Assembly: GCA_026770705.1 (NCBI GenBank)
Contig: JANJGN010000016.1
Coordinates: 85,870,001 to 85,934,000 of the forward strand
Reading direction: 5' to 3'
From: Isurus oxyrinchus
Lineage: Eukaryota
Length of the DNA: 64,000 nt
Shown here: positions 1 to 16,300 of the stretch, in pieces
How the letters are laid out: each line of letters opens with the position of its first letter
How positions within the stretch are numbered: position 1 is the stretch's first letter
Position numbers and translations under genes: made by a program
The notes under the pieces: model-generated
What the model saw: the letters and a program-made list of their open reading frames with translations, nothing else
Told to the model about the DNA's origin: nothing
Databases searched by the model: none

Positions 1-560
1 GTTACCCAGTACTGCCTGTAGGTGTGTGTCTCTGAGTGTGGGTGTGTTACCCAGTACTGTCTGTAGGTGTGTGTCTCTGAGTGTGGGTGTGACTGTTACC
101 CAGTACTGTCTGTAGGTGTGTGTCTCTGAGAGTGGGTGTGTTACCCAGTACTGCCTGTAGGTGTGTGTCTCTGAGTGTGGGTGTGTTACCCAATACTGTC
201 TGTAGGTGTGTGTCTCTGTGTGTGAGTGTGTTACCCAGTACTGTCTGTAGGTGTGTGTCTCTGAGTGTGGGTGTGACTGTTACCCAGTACTGTCTGTAGG
301 TGTGTGTCTCTGAGTGTGGGTGTGACTGTTACCCAGTACTGCCTGTAGGTGTGTGTCTCTGAGTGTGGGTGTGTTACCCAGTACTGTCTGTAGGTGTGTG
401 TCTCTGAGTGTGGGTGTGACTGTTACCCAGTACTGCCTGTAGGTGTGTGTCTCTGAGAGTGGGTGTGTTACCCAGTACTGTCTGTAGGTGTGTGTCTCTG
501 TGTGTGGGTGTGTTACCCAGTACTGTCTGTAGGTGTGTGTCTCTGTGTGTGGGTGTGTTA
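1..560. repeat. Minisatellite, 45/49-bp unit (GTTACCCAGTACTGTCTGTAGGTGTGTGTCTCTGAGTGTGGGTGT[GACT]), ~12 copies, truncated by window start
   Basis: Direct tandem repetition with an optional GACT insert. Confidence 0.95.
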
Positions 561-790
561 CTCCTATCATGTGCAATAGCCTTTTATGTGACACCTTATC
601 AAATGCCTCCTGGAAATCCAAATACACGACATCTACCGGTTTCCCTTTATCAACTCTGCTTGTTACATCCTCAAAGAACTCTAGCGAATTTGTCAAACCT
701 GATTTCCCTTCACAAAACCATGTTGTCTCTGTTTGATTGCTTTAAGCTTGTCTAAATGTCCTGCTAATTCTTCCTTAATAATGGACTCTA
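561..790 (-). mobile_element. CR1-type LINE ORF2 (reverse transcriptase) fragment
   Basis: Translations ESIIKEELAGHL..QHGFVKG and TNSLEFFEDVTSRVDKGKPVDVVYLDFQEAFDKVSHKRLL match the CR1 RT motif (LDFxKAFDKV). Confidence 0.9.
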
Positions 791-1334
791 GCTCTGCCTT
801 AACGGTCACCGGTAGGACCACCCACCCTTCCCCTACCCCCACTAAAACCCCAGCCATGAAAGAGCTTTCACAAAGGGGGTTGGATCTGAATGAGTGCTGG
901 AAGGTGATATCAGCCTGAGTCAGGGCCCTGTCAAACTCGATCCTTTGGATTAGAGCACAGCCCGAACTTACTCTACTGGAATAACGTGGATCAGGAAGAT
1001 GTGCCAAGCCTGAACCTATCAGCTGCGAGGCCTGGAGGTCTTTGGGGCATGAGGCATATGCACTTTGGACGTAGCCCATTTACAGTTGGATCCTTCTGAG
1101 CTTTGCACTTTCCTACGAGAGGGGCAAAGGGTCATTGGAATCCAATCCAATCATGGCGTCAATCCTTCATTGGTTCTCACAGGAATGTGCACCATGGGTG
1201 AAGGTGCCTGTTCATGGTTCCACTCTCTTTACCCCCCGGCAAGTTAAACCAACTCCCTTCAACTTATTGTTAGCTTAAAGCCTCGACTAAAAGAGATTCT
1301 AAGCATTAAAGTAACATAGTCTGAGACTGGGCCT

Positions 1335-4300
1335 CCCCCCCACACCCCCGGCATCACCTAGACCCCCACCCATGGCATTATCCAGGCCCCCACCCATGGC
1401 ATCACCCAACCCAACCACTAGCAACACCCACACTCCTACCGCTGGCATTACCCACTCCCCCACTCCTGGCATCACCCAGCCCCTCATCTCCGGCATCAAC
1501 CACCCTCCCACCCCCAGCATCACCCACCCCCCTACCCCAGGCATCTCCCACGCCCACAACCCCGGCATCACCCACCTCCCCACCCCCGGCATCATCGAAC
1601 CCCGCCACACCCGGCATCACCTACCCCTCAGCCCCGGCATCACACATCACATCACCCCAGGCATCAACCACCCACCCTACCACCGGTATCACTCACCTCC
1701 CCAACCCCGGCATCATTCAGCCCCCTATCCCATGCATCACCCACCCCCTTAGCCTCAGCCTCACCTATTCCCCCATCCCCGGCATCACCCACCCCCTACA
1801 CCCCCGGCATCAGCCAAGCCCTCAACACCGGCATCACCCACAAAACCCAACCCCACTCCCGGCATCATCCACGCCCCCTACTCCGGCATCACCCTCCCCC
1901 TCACTCCCAGCATCACACACCCCACCAACCCTTGGCATCACCCACTATCTCAGGCCCCACATCACCACCCCCCCCAACCCTGGCAACACCCAACCCCACC
2001 CCCAGCACTGGCATCACCCACCCGCAGCATGACCCATCGCCCCACCCCTGGCAACACCCACCACCCCACCCCCGGCATCACACACCCCTTAACACCTGGC
2101 TTCACCCATGACCCCATTCCCGGCATCATAAATCCCCCCCACCCCAAGCATCACCCACACCCTAAACACTGCCATCACCCACCCCGGCATCATCCACCCC
2201 CACTACCCCTGTCATCACCCACCAGCCCCACCCTCCGCATCACCCACCCCCTCACCGCCAGCAGCACCCACACTCCCAACACTGGCATCACCCAGTCTGC
2301 CCCCCCACTCCTGGCATCATTCACAACACCACCACCGGCATCACCCACAAACCCCCACCCACACTCCCGGCATCACCCACCCCACCAACCCAGGGATCAC
2401 CCACTCCCGGCATCACCCACCCCACCATCCCTGGCATCAACCACCCCACCCACAGCCCCTGGCATCACCTAACCACACCCCCACCAACGGCATCACCCAC
2501 CCCCTGACCCCGCCATCACCAACACCACCATCCTCGGCATCAACCACCCCCTCACCCCCGACATCACACACCCCACCACCTACGGCATCACCCACCCCCA
2601 GCATCACACAACCCCTCACCACCGGCATTACCCACCCCCCCATACAAGGCATCACCACTCCCCCCACCCCCGGCATCACCCAACCCCTCACCCCAGGCAA
2701 CACCCACCAGCCCCACACCCAACATCACACACCACCTCACCACTGGCTTCAACAAACACCCCACCCCACCAGCATCACCCACTCCCCTACTCCCCGCATC
2801 ACCCACCATCCCATTCCCGGCATCACACACTCCCTCACCCGGGGCATCACATACCCCCTCACCCACGGCATCACCCCCCCCACCCCCGGCATCACCCACA
2901 CCTCCGCCGCCGGCATCACCACGCCCACACCCCTGGCATCACTCAAACCCTCACCCCAGCATCACCCACCCCCTCACTACTGGCATCACCCCAGCAACAC
3001 CCACGCCCCCACCCCCGGCAACACCCACCACCCCCACACCCGGCATCACACACCCTCTCACCCCTGGCTTCACCCACCAAACCACTCCCAGCATCATAAA
3101 TCCCCCCACCCCCAGCATCACCCACCGCCCCCACCCACTGCATCACCCACCCCCTCACCGCCAGCAACACCCACACCCCCAACACTGGCATCACCCACCC
3201 CAACCCCACTCCCAGCTTCACCCACACCACCACCACCGGCATCATCCACAACCCTCACCCCCACTCCCGGAATCACCCACCCCACCAACCCTGGCATCAC
3301 CCAGTCCAGGCATCACCCACCCCCCTACCCATGGAATCACCCACACCCCCCACCCCCGGCCTCACCTATTCCCCCACTCCCGGCATCACCCACACCCCCT
3401 ACTCCGGCATCACCCATCCCCTCACTACTGGCACCACACACCCCACCATCCCCGGCATCAGCCACCCCCATCATCACACAACCCCTCACCACCGGCATTA
3501 CCCAACCCCCCAAACCAGGCATCACCAATCGCCTCACCCCCGGCATCACCCACCGCCTCACCCCAGGCAACACCCACCAGCCCCACACCCAACATCACAC
3601 ACCACCTCAACACTGGCTTCACCAAACACCACATCCCACCAGCATCACCCACTCCCCCAACCCCAGCATCACCCACACCCCCAACACTGGCATCACCTAC
3701 ACACCCCACTCCTGGCATCACCCACCCCACCACCTCCGGCATCAACCACCCCCCCCAACACCTGGCATCACCTAAACCCCCCCACCCAAGGCATTATCCA
3801 GGCCCCCACCCACGGCATCACCCAACACCAACCACCGGCATCACCCACACCCCTACCTCTGCCATTACCCGCTTCCGCCCGCCGGCATCACCCACCCTCC
3901 CATCCCCGGCATCACCTATTCCCCCACCACCGGCATCACCCACCATCCCATCCCCGGCATCACCCACCCCCTCAACCCCAGTATCACGCACCACGACACC
4001 CCGGGCATCACCCACACCCCACCCCCGGCATCACCCTTCCCACCATCCCTGGCATCAACCACCCCCTCCCCCACCACCGGCATCACCCATCCACACCCGC
4101 ACCCACGGCATCACCCACACCCTCAGCCCCGGCATCACACAAACCCCCACCCTGGCATCACACAAAGCCTCACACCTGGCCTCACCCAACCCCGCACACC
4201 CGACATTACCCACCACCCCATACCCGGCATCACCCACCCCCTCACCCACGGCATCACACCCCCCCAGCCCCGGCATCACTCACCATCTCAGCCCCGGCAT

Positions 4301-7300
4301 CAAACAGCCCCTCACCCCCGGCATCACACACACCCTCACCACGGCATCACCCACCACCCCAACCCCGTCATGACCCACACCCCCAACACTGGCATCACCT
4401 ACACACCCCACTCCCGACATCACCCACCCCACCACCTCCGGAATCACCCATTCCCCCACACCCGGCATCACCTCGCCCCACCCCCACCCAAGGCATTATC
4501 CAGGCCCCCACCCAGGGCATCACCCAACCCCAACCACCGGCATCACCCACACCCCCAACTCTGCCATTACCCGATCCCCCACCCCCGGCATCGCCAGCCC
4601 ACCATCCCCGGCATCAAACACCAGCCTACCGCAGACTTCACCTACGCCCACAACCCCGGCATCACTCATCCCCCACCCCCGGCATCAACCACCCCCCCAC
4701 CACCGGCATCACCTATTACTCCGCCCCCGGCATCACCCACCCCCCTACCCCAGGCATCACCATGGCCACAACCCCGGCATCACCCACACCCCCTACCCCG
4801 GCATCATCCACCCCCTCACACCCATTCCCTGATCCCGGGCATCACCCAACACCCCATCTCCAGCATTACCCACTCCATCACCCCCAGCATCGCACATCCC
4901 CCCACCCACGGATCCCTCACCCACAACCCCCGGCATAACCAACACCCCCACCCCTGGCATCACCCACCCCCTACCTCCGGCATCACCTATGCCCACAAAC
5001 CCGGCATCACCCACCCCCTCACCCACGGCATCATCCACCCACCCCACCCCTGGCATAACCTATTGCCCCACCCCTGGCATCACACACCCCCTCACACCCG
5101 GCATCACACACTCCCCCCACCCCCGGCCTCACCTATTCCCCCACACCCGGCATCACCCACCCCCTCCACCCCCACAATCAGCCAAGCCCTCAACCCCAGC
5201 ATCACCCACAACACTCACCCCCACTCTCGGCATCACCTACACACCCACCCCCGGCATCACCCACTCCCCCACTTCCGGCATTAAAAACTCCCTCAACCAT
5301 GGCATCACCCAACCCCCACCCACGGTTCCCTCACCCCACACCCAGCATCAGCCACCCTCCCAAACCTGGCATCAACCACCCCTGGCATCACCCACCAACC
5401 CCACCCCTGGCATCACCCACATCCTCACCCCCAGCAACACCCACACCCCCAACACTGGCATCATCCACCCACCCCCGGCCTCACCCACCATCTCAGCCCC
5501 AGCATCACCCACCCTCTCACCCCTGGCATCACCCACACCCCCACCTCCGGCAACACCCACCACCACCAACACTGGCATCACATATCCCCTCCCCTCTGGC
5601 TTCACCCAACTCCCCACAACCCCTGGCATCACCCACCACCCCCACCCTCAGCATCATCCACCTCCTCACCGCCAGATACACCCACCCCCCCAACACTGGA
5701 ATCACCCACCTAGCCCCCCCCGGCTCTCAGCATCAACCACACCACCACCACCACCGGCATAACCTACAACGCCCACCCCCACCCCCGTCATCACCCATCA
5801 TCTCATCCCCAGCAACACCTACACCCCCAACACTGGCATCACCCACCCACCCCACCCCCGACATAACTTATTGCCCCAACCCTGGCATCACTCACCCCCC
5901 CACATCCGGCATCACCCACCCAAAACCCCAAGCATCACCCACACCCTCACCCCCGGCATCACACACCCAGTCACACTCGGCATCACCCGCCCCTCCAACC
6001 CCAGCATTATCCACACCCTCACCCCCGGCATCACCCGCCCCTCCAACCCTGGCATAACCCACGCCCCCACACCTGGCATTACCCACCCACACCCCAACCC
6101 ATGGCATCACTCACCCCCTCATCCCTGGCATCACTCAAACCCCACCCCAACATCACCCGGACCCTCACTCCTGGCATCACACACCCCACCGCCCCCGGCA
6201 TCACCCAACCCCGCACCCCGACATTACCTAACACCCCATACCTGGCATCACACACCACCTCACCCCCGGCTTCACCACCACCCCCCACCCCCGGCATCAG
6301 CCACCATCTCCCCCCGGCATCACCCACGCCCCCCCACCACCGACATCACCCACACCCGGCTTGACCCATCGCCGCATCCCCGGCATCAACAACCCCCCCA
6401 ACCTCCGGCATCATTCACCCCCGGCAACACCCACCCACCCACCTCTGGCAACACCCACCACCACCAACACCGGCATCACATATCCCCTCTCTCCTGGCTT
6501 CACCCAACACCCCACAACCCTGGCATCACGCACCCTCAGCATCACCCACCCCCTCACCGCCAGCAACACCCACCCCCCAGCACTGGCATCACCCATCCCC
6601 AGCATCACCCACCACCCCCACCTTCAGCATCACCCACCCCCTCACCGCCAGCAACACACATCCCCCCAACACTGGCATCACCCATCCCCAGCATCACCCA
6701 TGCCACCCACCCCTGGCATCACCTAGCACCCCACCCACGGCATTATCCAGGCCCCCATCCATGGCATCACCCAACCTCAACCACCGGCATCACCCACACC
6801 CCCACCACTGGCATTACCCACTCCCCCACCCTCGGCATCACCCAGCCCCCCATCCTCGGAATCAACCAACGCCCCTTACCCCCGGCATCACTCAACCACA
6901 CCCGTACCCACGGCACCAACCACCCCCTCAACCCCGGCATCACTCAAACACCCACCCCGGCATCACACAAATACTCACTCCCGGCATCACCCACCCACCC
7001 ACCCATGGCATCACCTAGCACCCCACCCACGGCATTATCCAAGCCCCCACCCATGGCATCACCCAACCCCAACCACCGGCATCACCCACACCCCCACCAC
7101 TGGCATTACCCACTCCACCACCCCCGGCATCACCCAGCCCCCCATCCTCGGCATCAACCAACACCCCTTACCCCCGGCATCACCCAACCACACCCCTACC
7201 CACGGCACCACCCACCCCCTCAACCCCGGCATCACTCAAACACCCACCTCGGCATCACACAAACACTCACTCCCGGCATCACCCACCCAGCCACCCACGG

Positions 7301-10300
7301 CATCAACTAGCACCCCACCCACGGCATTATCCAAGCCCCCACCCATGGCATCACCCAACCCTCACCCCCGTCATCACTGAACCCCCACCTCTGGCATCAC
7401 CAACCGCACCCCCAACTCCCGGAATCACTCACAGCACCACAACCAGCATCACACACTCCCCCACACCTGGCATCATCCAGCCCCCCATCCCTGGCATCAA
7501 CCACCCCCCCACACCCGGCATCACCCACACCCCCTACTCTGGCATCACCCACCCCCTCACGTCTGGTATCACCCACTCCCCCACCCCTGGCATCACCCAA
7601 TCCTCACCCATGGTTCCCTCACCCCCACCCCCAGCATCAGCCCCGGCATCACTCAAACACCCACCCCGGCATCACCCACACCCCCACCACTGGCATCACC
7701 CTGCCCCCCATCCCTGGCATCAACCACCCCCCCACTACCGGCCTCACTCACCACCCTACCCCAGGCATCACACAACACCCCAACCCCCCAACCCCCCAAC
7801 ATCAACCACCCATCCAACCCGAGCACCGCCCACTCGCCCACACCCAGCATCAACCAACCCCCCCTACCCCCGGCATCACCCAACCACACCCCTACCCTCG
7901 TCATCACCCACCCCCTCAACCCCAGCATCACTCAAAGCCCCACCCTGGCATCACACAAACACTCACTCCAGGCATCACCCACCCACCCACGGCAACACCC
8001 ACCCCCAAAACCCCAGCATCACCCAACCCCTCACCACCAGCATTACCCACACACCCATAGCCGCCACACCACTCCCCTTACCCCCGGCATCACCAACCAC
8101 CCCCCCAAATCCACTCCCAGCATCACCCACCCCACCAACCCTGGCAGCACCCACTCCCGGCATCAATCACCTCCCTACACCCGGCATCACCCACCACCCC
8201 CACCCCCACCCTCAGCATCAGCCACCCTCTCACCCCAGCAACACTCACACACACAATCCTGGCATCACCCAGCACCCCATCCCCAGCATTAACCACGCCA
8301 TCACCCCCGGCATTACACACCAACCCCCATCCATGGGTTCCTTACCCACCACCCCTGGCATCACCAACACCCCACTTCGGCATCAGCCACGACCCCACCC
8401 CCGGCATCACCCACCATCCCCACCCCCAGCATAACATATTGCCTCACCCCCGACATCACACACCCCCCCACTCCCGGCCTCACCTATGCCCCCACACCCG
8501 GCATCACCCACCCCCCAACCCCCGGCATCACAATCCCCCTCACCCCGGGCATCATCCAACCCCCCCACACACCCAGCATCACCCACATCCCATCCCCGGC
8601 ATCAACCACTCCCCCACACCCGGCAACACCCACACCCCCCACTCTGGGCATCACCCACCTCACCACCACCGGCATAACCCACCACCCCCACCCCCGGTAT
8701 TACCTGCCCCTCACCCCCAGCAACACCCACACCGCCATCACTGGCATCAACCACTCCCGGCATCACCCACTCCCACCATCCCCGGCATTACCCACAACCC
8801 CCAACCCCACTCCTGGCATCACCCACACCCCCTACCCCGGCATCACCACCCCCTCATGCCCAGCATTACCCACTCCCTCACACCCAGCATCACCCAACTC
8901 CCCACCCATGGGTCCCTCATCCACCACCCCCGGCATCAGCCAACTCCCACGCGCAGTATCACCCAACACCCGACACTCGGAGTCAGCCAAACTCCACCCA
9001 TGGAATCACCCAACACCCAGCACCAGCTTCACCCACACCCCCAACTTTTGGCATTAACCACTCCCCACCCCTGGCATCACCCAGGCCCCCATCCCAGGCA
9101 TCAACCACCCCCCGACACACGGTATCGCCCACCCCGTACCCCACGCCCACAACCCCGGCATCACCTATTCCCCCACCCTCTGGCATGACCCACCATCCCA
9201 CCCCTGGCATCACCCACGCCCATCACCCCGGCATCACCCACCCCCTCACCCTTGGCATCACACAGCCCCCTCCAACAAAACCGACATCACCTATTCCGCC
9301 ACCCCCCGGCATCACCCATTCCCCCAACCCTGGCATCACCCAGCAACCCCACCTCCAGTATCTCCTCCCCCCTCACCCCCAGCAACACCCACACCACCAA
9401 CACTGGCATCACCCACTCCCAGCATCACCCACACCACCACCGCCGGCATCACCCACATCCCCCACCGTAACTCCCGGCATCACCCACACCCCCTACCCCG
9501 GCATCAACCACCCCTCGCCCCCAGCATCTCCCAACCCCCGACCTCCGGCATTACCCACTGCCTCACCCTCAGCGTCACCCAACCCCCTACCCATGGGTCC
9601 CTCACCCCCAACCCCTCGGCATTCAGCCAAAACCCATCCACAGCATCACCCACCACCCAACACCCAGCATCAGCCAAACCCCACCCACACCAAGCATCAC
9701 CCACCCCCCCTAACCCTGCCATCACCCACCCATGGCATGACCCAAACCCTACCACCGGCATCACACACGCCCTCGCACCCCAGCATTATCCACCCCACCC
9801 CAACCCCGCCACCATCCACCAACCCCCCATCCCCGGCATCAACCACCCCCCCAAACAGGGCATCACCCAGCCCCCAACCCTGGTATCACCCACCCCCGGC
9901 ATTACACACCCCCCTACCCATGGCATCACCCACCACCCCCCACCCCCAGCAACAGCCACACTGCCAACACTGGCATCACCCACTCGCAGCATCACCCACC
10001 CCACCACCCCCGGCATCCCCCAGAACTCTCACACCCACTCCTGGCATAACCCACACCCCCTATCCCGGCAACACAACCCCCTCACGCCCGGCATCACTCA
10101 CACCCCTGACCCCGGCACAACCACCCCCTCACGCCCGGCATCACACACTCCCCCAACCCCGCATCACCCAGCCCCCACCTCCGGAATCACCCAACTCCCC
10201 CACCCATGGGTACCTCACCCCCACCCCCGGCATCAGCCAACCCCCACCACCTGCATCACCCACACTCCCACCTCTGGCATTACCCACTCTCCCAACCCCG

Positions 10301-13300
10301 GCATCACCCAGGCCCCCATCGCAGGCATTAACCAGCTCCCCCCCCCGCTCGGCATTACCCACCCACTTCCCCAGACGTCACCCACGCCCACAACCCTGGC
10401 ATCACACACCCTCTCGCCCCCAGCATTACCCACCATCCCACCACCGGCATCACCTATTTCCCCACCCCCGGCATCACCTATTTCCCCACCCCCGGCATCA
10501 CCCACCATCCCAACCCCGGCATCAGCCACACCCCTACCTCAGGCATCAGCCACGCCCATCACCTCGGCATCACCCGCCCCCCTCACCACCGGCACCACAA
10601 ACTACCCCCACCACTGACATCACCTATTCCCCCACCCCTGGCATCACCCAACGCCTCAACCCCGGCATCACCCATCACGTCACCCCCGGCATCAGCCAAC
10701 CACCACACGCAGTATCACTCGCCACCCCGACACCCGGCGTCAGCCAACCCCCACCAATGGCATCACCTAGGCCCCGATCCCAGGCACCAATCACCCCTGA
10801 CCCGCGGCATCGCCCACCCCCTTACCCAGGCGTCACATACGTCCACAACCCCGGCATCACCTATTCCCCCACCCCCGGCATGACCCGCCATCCCACCCCT
10901 GGCATCATCCACCCCCTACCCCAAGCATCACCCACGCCCATCACCCCGGCATCACCCACCCCCTGCCCCACACCCGACACCACCTATTCCCCCAACATCG
11001 GCAACAACCACACCCCCAACGCTGGCACCACCCACTCCCGGCATCACCCACACCACCACCCCCCACCCATGGGTCCCTCACCAACACCCCCGGCATTCAG
11101 CCAATGCCCACCCGCGGCTTCACCCACCACCTAACCCCTGACATCATCCAATCCCCACCCACACCCAGCACCACCCACCCCTCCAACCCTGCCAACACCC
11201 ACCTCCAGCAACACCCACACCCCCAACATTGGCATCACCCACCCACCCCCCGGCATCACCCACCGTCTCAGCCCCAGCATCACCCACACCCTCACCCCTG
11301 GCATCACCCACCCTTCCAACCCCGGCATGACCCATGCCCCCACTCCCGGCATCACACACCCACCCTCCAACCCACGGCATCACCCAAACCCTCACCCCTG
11401 GCATCACTCAAACCCCCACCCCAGCTTCACCCATCCCCTCACTCCTGGCATCACACACCCCACCACCCCCCATCATCACCCAAATCCCGCACCTCCGACA
11501 TTACCCACCACCCCATACCTGGCATCACCCCCACACTCAACCGTGGCATCACTCAAACCCCCACCCCGGCATGACACAAACACTCACTCCCGGCATCACC
11601 CACGCCCTCACGCCGGGCATCACACACCCCACCACCCCCAGCATCACCCAAAACCCGCATCCCCGACATTACCCACCACCCCATACCTAGCATCACACAC
11701 CACCTCACCCCAGCAACAGCCACCCCGTCACCCGCGGCTTCACCCACCCCCTCAACCCTGACATCACGCCCTCCACCCCTGGCACCTCACACCTTCTCAG
11801 CCCCGGCGTCACCCAACCCCCCATCTCTGGCATCACCCACTCCATCACCCACAGCATCACATAACCCCCCACACACGGGTCCCTCATCCACCACCCCCGG
11901 CATCACCAACTCCCCCACCCCCGGCATCAACCACACCACCATCCCTGGCATCAGACATCCCTACCCAAGGCATCACCCACGCCCACACCCCCGGCATCAC
12001 CCACACCCTTCCCCAGGCATCACCCATGCCAACAACCCCGGCATCACCCAATCCCTCACCCCCGGCATCACCTTCCCCCCCACCACCCCCAGCCTCACCC
12101 ACTCCCCCACACCTGGCATCACCCACATCCCCTACTCTGGCATCACCCACACCCTCACCCCCAGCATCACCCACCCCTCACTACCAGCATTAACGACTCC
12201 CTCACCCCTGGCATCTCCCAACCCCCACCCATGGTTCCCTCACCCCCACCCCCAGCATCAGCCACCCCCCCCAAAGCTGGCATCACCCAACCCCGACAAC
12301 ACCCACTCCTCTACCCCTGGCATCACCCACCCCCCCCACCCCCAGCAACACCCACACCCCCAACACTGGCATCACCGACACACCCCAATCCCGGCATCAC
12401 CCACTGCACCACCTTCGGCATCACCCACCACCCCCCCACACCCCCGGCATCACCTAGACCCCCACCCATGGCATTATCCAGGCCCCCACCCATGGCATCA
12501 CCCAACCCAACCACTAGCAACACCCACACTCCTACCGCTGGCATTACCCACTCCCCCACTCCTGGCATCACCCAGCCCCCCATCTCCGGCATCAACCACC
12601 CTCCCACCCCCAGCATCACCCACCCCCCTACCCCAGGCATCTCCCACGCCCACAACCCCGGCATCACCCACCTCCCCACTCCCGGCATCATCGAACCCCG
12701 CCACACCCGGCATCACCTACCCCTCAGCCCCGGCATCACACATCACGTCACCCCAGGCATCAACCACCCACCCTACCACCGGCATCACTCACCTCCCCAA
12801 CCCCGGCATCATTCAGCCCCCTATCCCATGCATCATCCACCCCCTTAGCCCCGGCATCACCCACCTCCACAACCCCGGCATCATCCACCTGCCCACACCT
12901 GGCATCACTCACACCCCACCCCGGAATCACTCAAACCCCCACCCCTGGCATCACCAATGCCCTCCACCCTCGGCATCACCCACCCCCTCAACCCCGGCAT
13001 CACCCATTACGCTACCACTGGCATCACCCACCCCACCATCCCCAGCATCACACATCCACACCAGCAATGGCATCACTTACCCCCCCACCACCTGCAACGC
13101 CCACCCCCCCACCCATGGCATCACCCAGCCCCCTAACCCCGGTATCAGCTACCACCCAATTCCCCAGCATCTCCCACTCCCCCATCCCCTGCATCACACA
13201 TCCACCCGAGCAATGGCATCACTTACCCCCCCACCAGCTGCAACGCCCACCCCCTCACCCATGGCATCACCCAGCCCCCTAACCCCGGTATCTGCTACCA

Positions 13301-16300
13301 CCCAATTCCCAAGCTCTCCCACCCCCCCATCCCCTGCATCACCCATGCCACCACCCCCGGCATCAGCCACATCCCACACCTGGCATCTTCCACTCCCCCA
13401 GCCATGGCATCACCCACACCCCCAACCCCACCGCTGGCATGACCCAGCACCCCCACCCTCAGTATCACCTGCCCCCTCATCCTCAGCAATACCAACACCC
13501 CCAACACAGGCATCACCCACACACCCCACTCCGGGCATCACCCACCCCACCACCACCGTATCACCCACCACCCCCACCTCCGGTAACACCTGCCCCCTCA
13601 CCCCCAGCAATGCCCACACCGCCAACACTGGCATCAATCACTCCCGGCATCACCCACACCACCACCTCCGGCATCACCCACTCCCCAACCACTGGCATCA
13701 CCCAACCCCCTACCCATGGTCCCTCATCCCCACCACCGGCATCACCCACACTCCCACCTCTGGCATTACCCACACCCCCACCCCCGACATCACCTAGGCC
13801 CCCATCCCAGGCATCAACAACCCCCCCACCCCTGGCACCACCCAGCCCCCCATCCCCGGCATCACCCACTATCCCAACGCCGGTATCACCCACTCCCCTA
13901 CCCAAGGCACCACCCACCCCCTCAACCCTGGCATCACCCCTGGAACCACCCACCCACCACCCCTGGCATCACCCACCTTCCCACACCTGGCATCACCCAC
14001 ACCCCCACCCCCGGCATCACCCACCCCCCCACCCCAGCAATAACCACCCCACCCCCACAACTTGCAATACCCACCCCCCACCCACGGCATCACCCAACCC
14101 CTAACTCTAGCATCACCCACCCCCTCACCCCCGGCATCAGCCACACCCCATCCCCGGCATCACCCACTATTCCAACGCCGGTGTCACCCACTCCCCTACC
14201 CAAGGCATCCCCCACCCCCTCAACCCTGGCATCACCCCTGGAACCACCCACCCACCACCCAGGCATCACCCACCTTCCCACACCTGGCATCACCCACACC
14301 CCCACCCCCGGCATCACCCAACCCCCCCACCCCAGCAACAACCACCCCAGCCCCACACCTGCAATGCCCACCCCCCACCCACGGCATCACCCAACCCCTA
14401 ACTCTACCATCACCCACCCCCTCACCCCGGCATCAGCCACCCCCCAACACTCCGGCACCTCCCACCCCCACATCCCCTGCATCACCCATAAGCCGACCAT
14501 CGGCATCACCCCCCCTCCCCCCACGGCATCACCCAGCAACCCCACACCCAGCAACACCCACACCCCCAACACTGGCATCACCCAGCCCCCCACCTCCGGC
14601 ATTACCCACTCCCTCACACCCAGCATCAATCAATCCCCCACCCATGGTTCCCTCACCCCCACCACCGGCATCAACCACACTCCCACCTCTGGCGTTACCC
14701 ACTCCCCCACCGCTGGCATCACCCAGGTCCCCATCCCAGTTATCAACCACCCAACAATGCCTGGCATCACCCACCCCCTACCCCAGATGGCACCCAGTCG
14801 CACAACCCCGGCATCACACACCCCCACACCCCCAGCATCTCCCACCACACCACCCTCGGCATCACCCACTATCCCAACCCTGGGATCAGCCATGCCCATC
14901 ACCCCGGCATCACCCACCGCCTCACGCCTGGCACCACAAACCCCTCCCCACCCCCGACATCACCTATACCCCACCCCCGGCATCACCCACCCCCTCAACC
15001 CCGGCATCACGCATCATGTCACCACTGGCATCACCCATCCCCCCATCCTCGGCATCACCCACTCCTCCACCCCCAGCATCACCTACCCCCTCAACTTCAG
15101 CATCAACCGTCATGCTATCACCGGCATCACCCACCCACCCATCCCCAGCATCACCCACCCCCACACTCATGGCATCACCCACCCCCCCCCCCCCCCCACC
15201 CACTGCAATGCCCACCTCCCTACCCATGACATCACCCAACCCCTAACCCCGGCATCATCCACCCCCTCGCTCCCGGTATCAGACACCCCCCAACCCCCCA
15301 GCACCTCCCAACACCCCATCCCCTGCATCACCCATACCGCGACCACCAGCATCACCCACACCACTCACCCCCGGCATCAACCATCCCCTCACTCCCGGCA
15401 TTACCCACCCCCAGCATTACCCAAACCCCAACCCCGGCATCACCCACCCCCCAACCCCCGGCATCACACTCCCCCTCACCCCCGGCATCATCCAACCCCC
15501 CCCACACACCCAGCATCACCCACATCCCATCCCCGGCATCAACCACTCCCCCACACCCGGCAACACCCACACCCCCCACTCCCGGCATCACCCACTCCCA
15601 CCATCCCCGGCATTACCCACAACACCCAACCCACTCCTGGCATCACCCACACCCCCTACCCCGGCATCACCACCCGCTCATGCCCGGCATTACCCACTCC
15701 CTCACAGCCAGCATCACCCAACTCCCCACCCATGGGTCCCTCATCCACCACCCCCGGCATCAGCCAACTCCCACGTGCAGTATCACCCACCACCCGACAC
15801 CCGGAGTCAGCCAAACCCCACCCATGGAATCACCCAACACCCAGCACCAGCATCACCCACACCCCCAACTTCGGCATTACCCACTCCCCACCCCTGGCAT
15901 CACCCAGGCCCCCATCCCAGGCATCAAGCACACCCCGACCCATGGTATCACCCACCCCGTACCCCACGCCCACAACCCCGGCATCACCTATTCCCCCACC
16001 ACCTGGCATGACCCACCATCCCACCCCTGGCATCACCCACGCCCATCACCCCGGCATCACCCACCCCCTCACCCTTGGCATCACACAGCCCCCTCCCACA
16101 AAACCGACATCACCTATTCCGCCACCCCCGGCATTACCCACTCCCCCAACCCTGGCATTACCCAGCAACCCCACCTCCAGTATCACCTCCCCCCTCACCC
16201 CCAGCAACACCCACACTCCCAACACTGGCATCACCCACTCCCAGCATCACCCACACCACCACCGCCAGTATCACCTACATCCCCCACCGTAACTCCTGGC

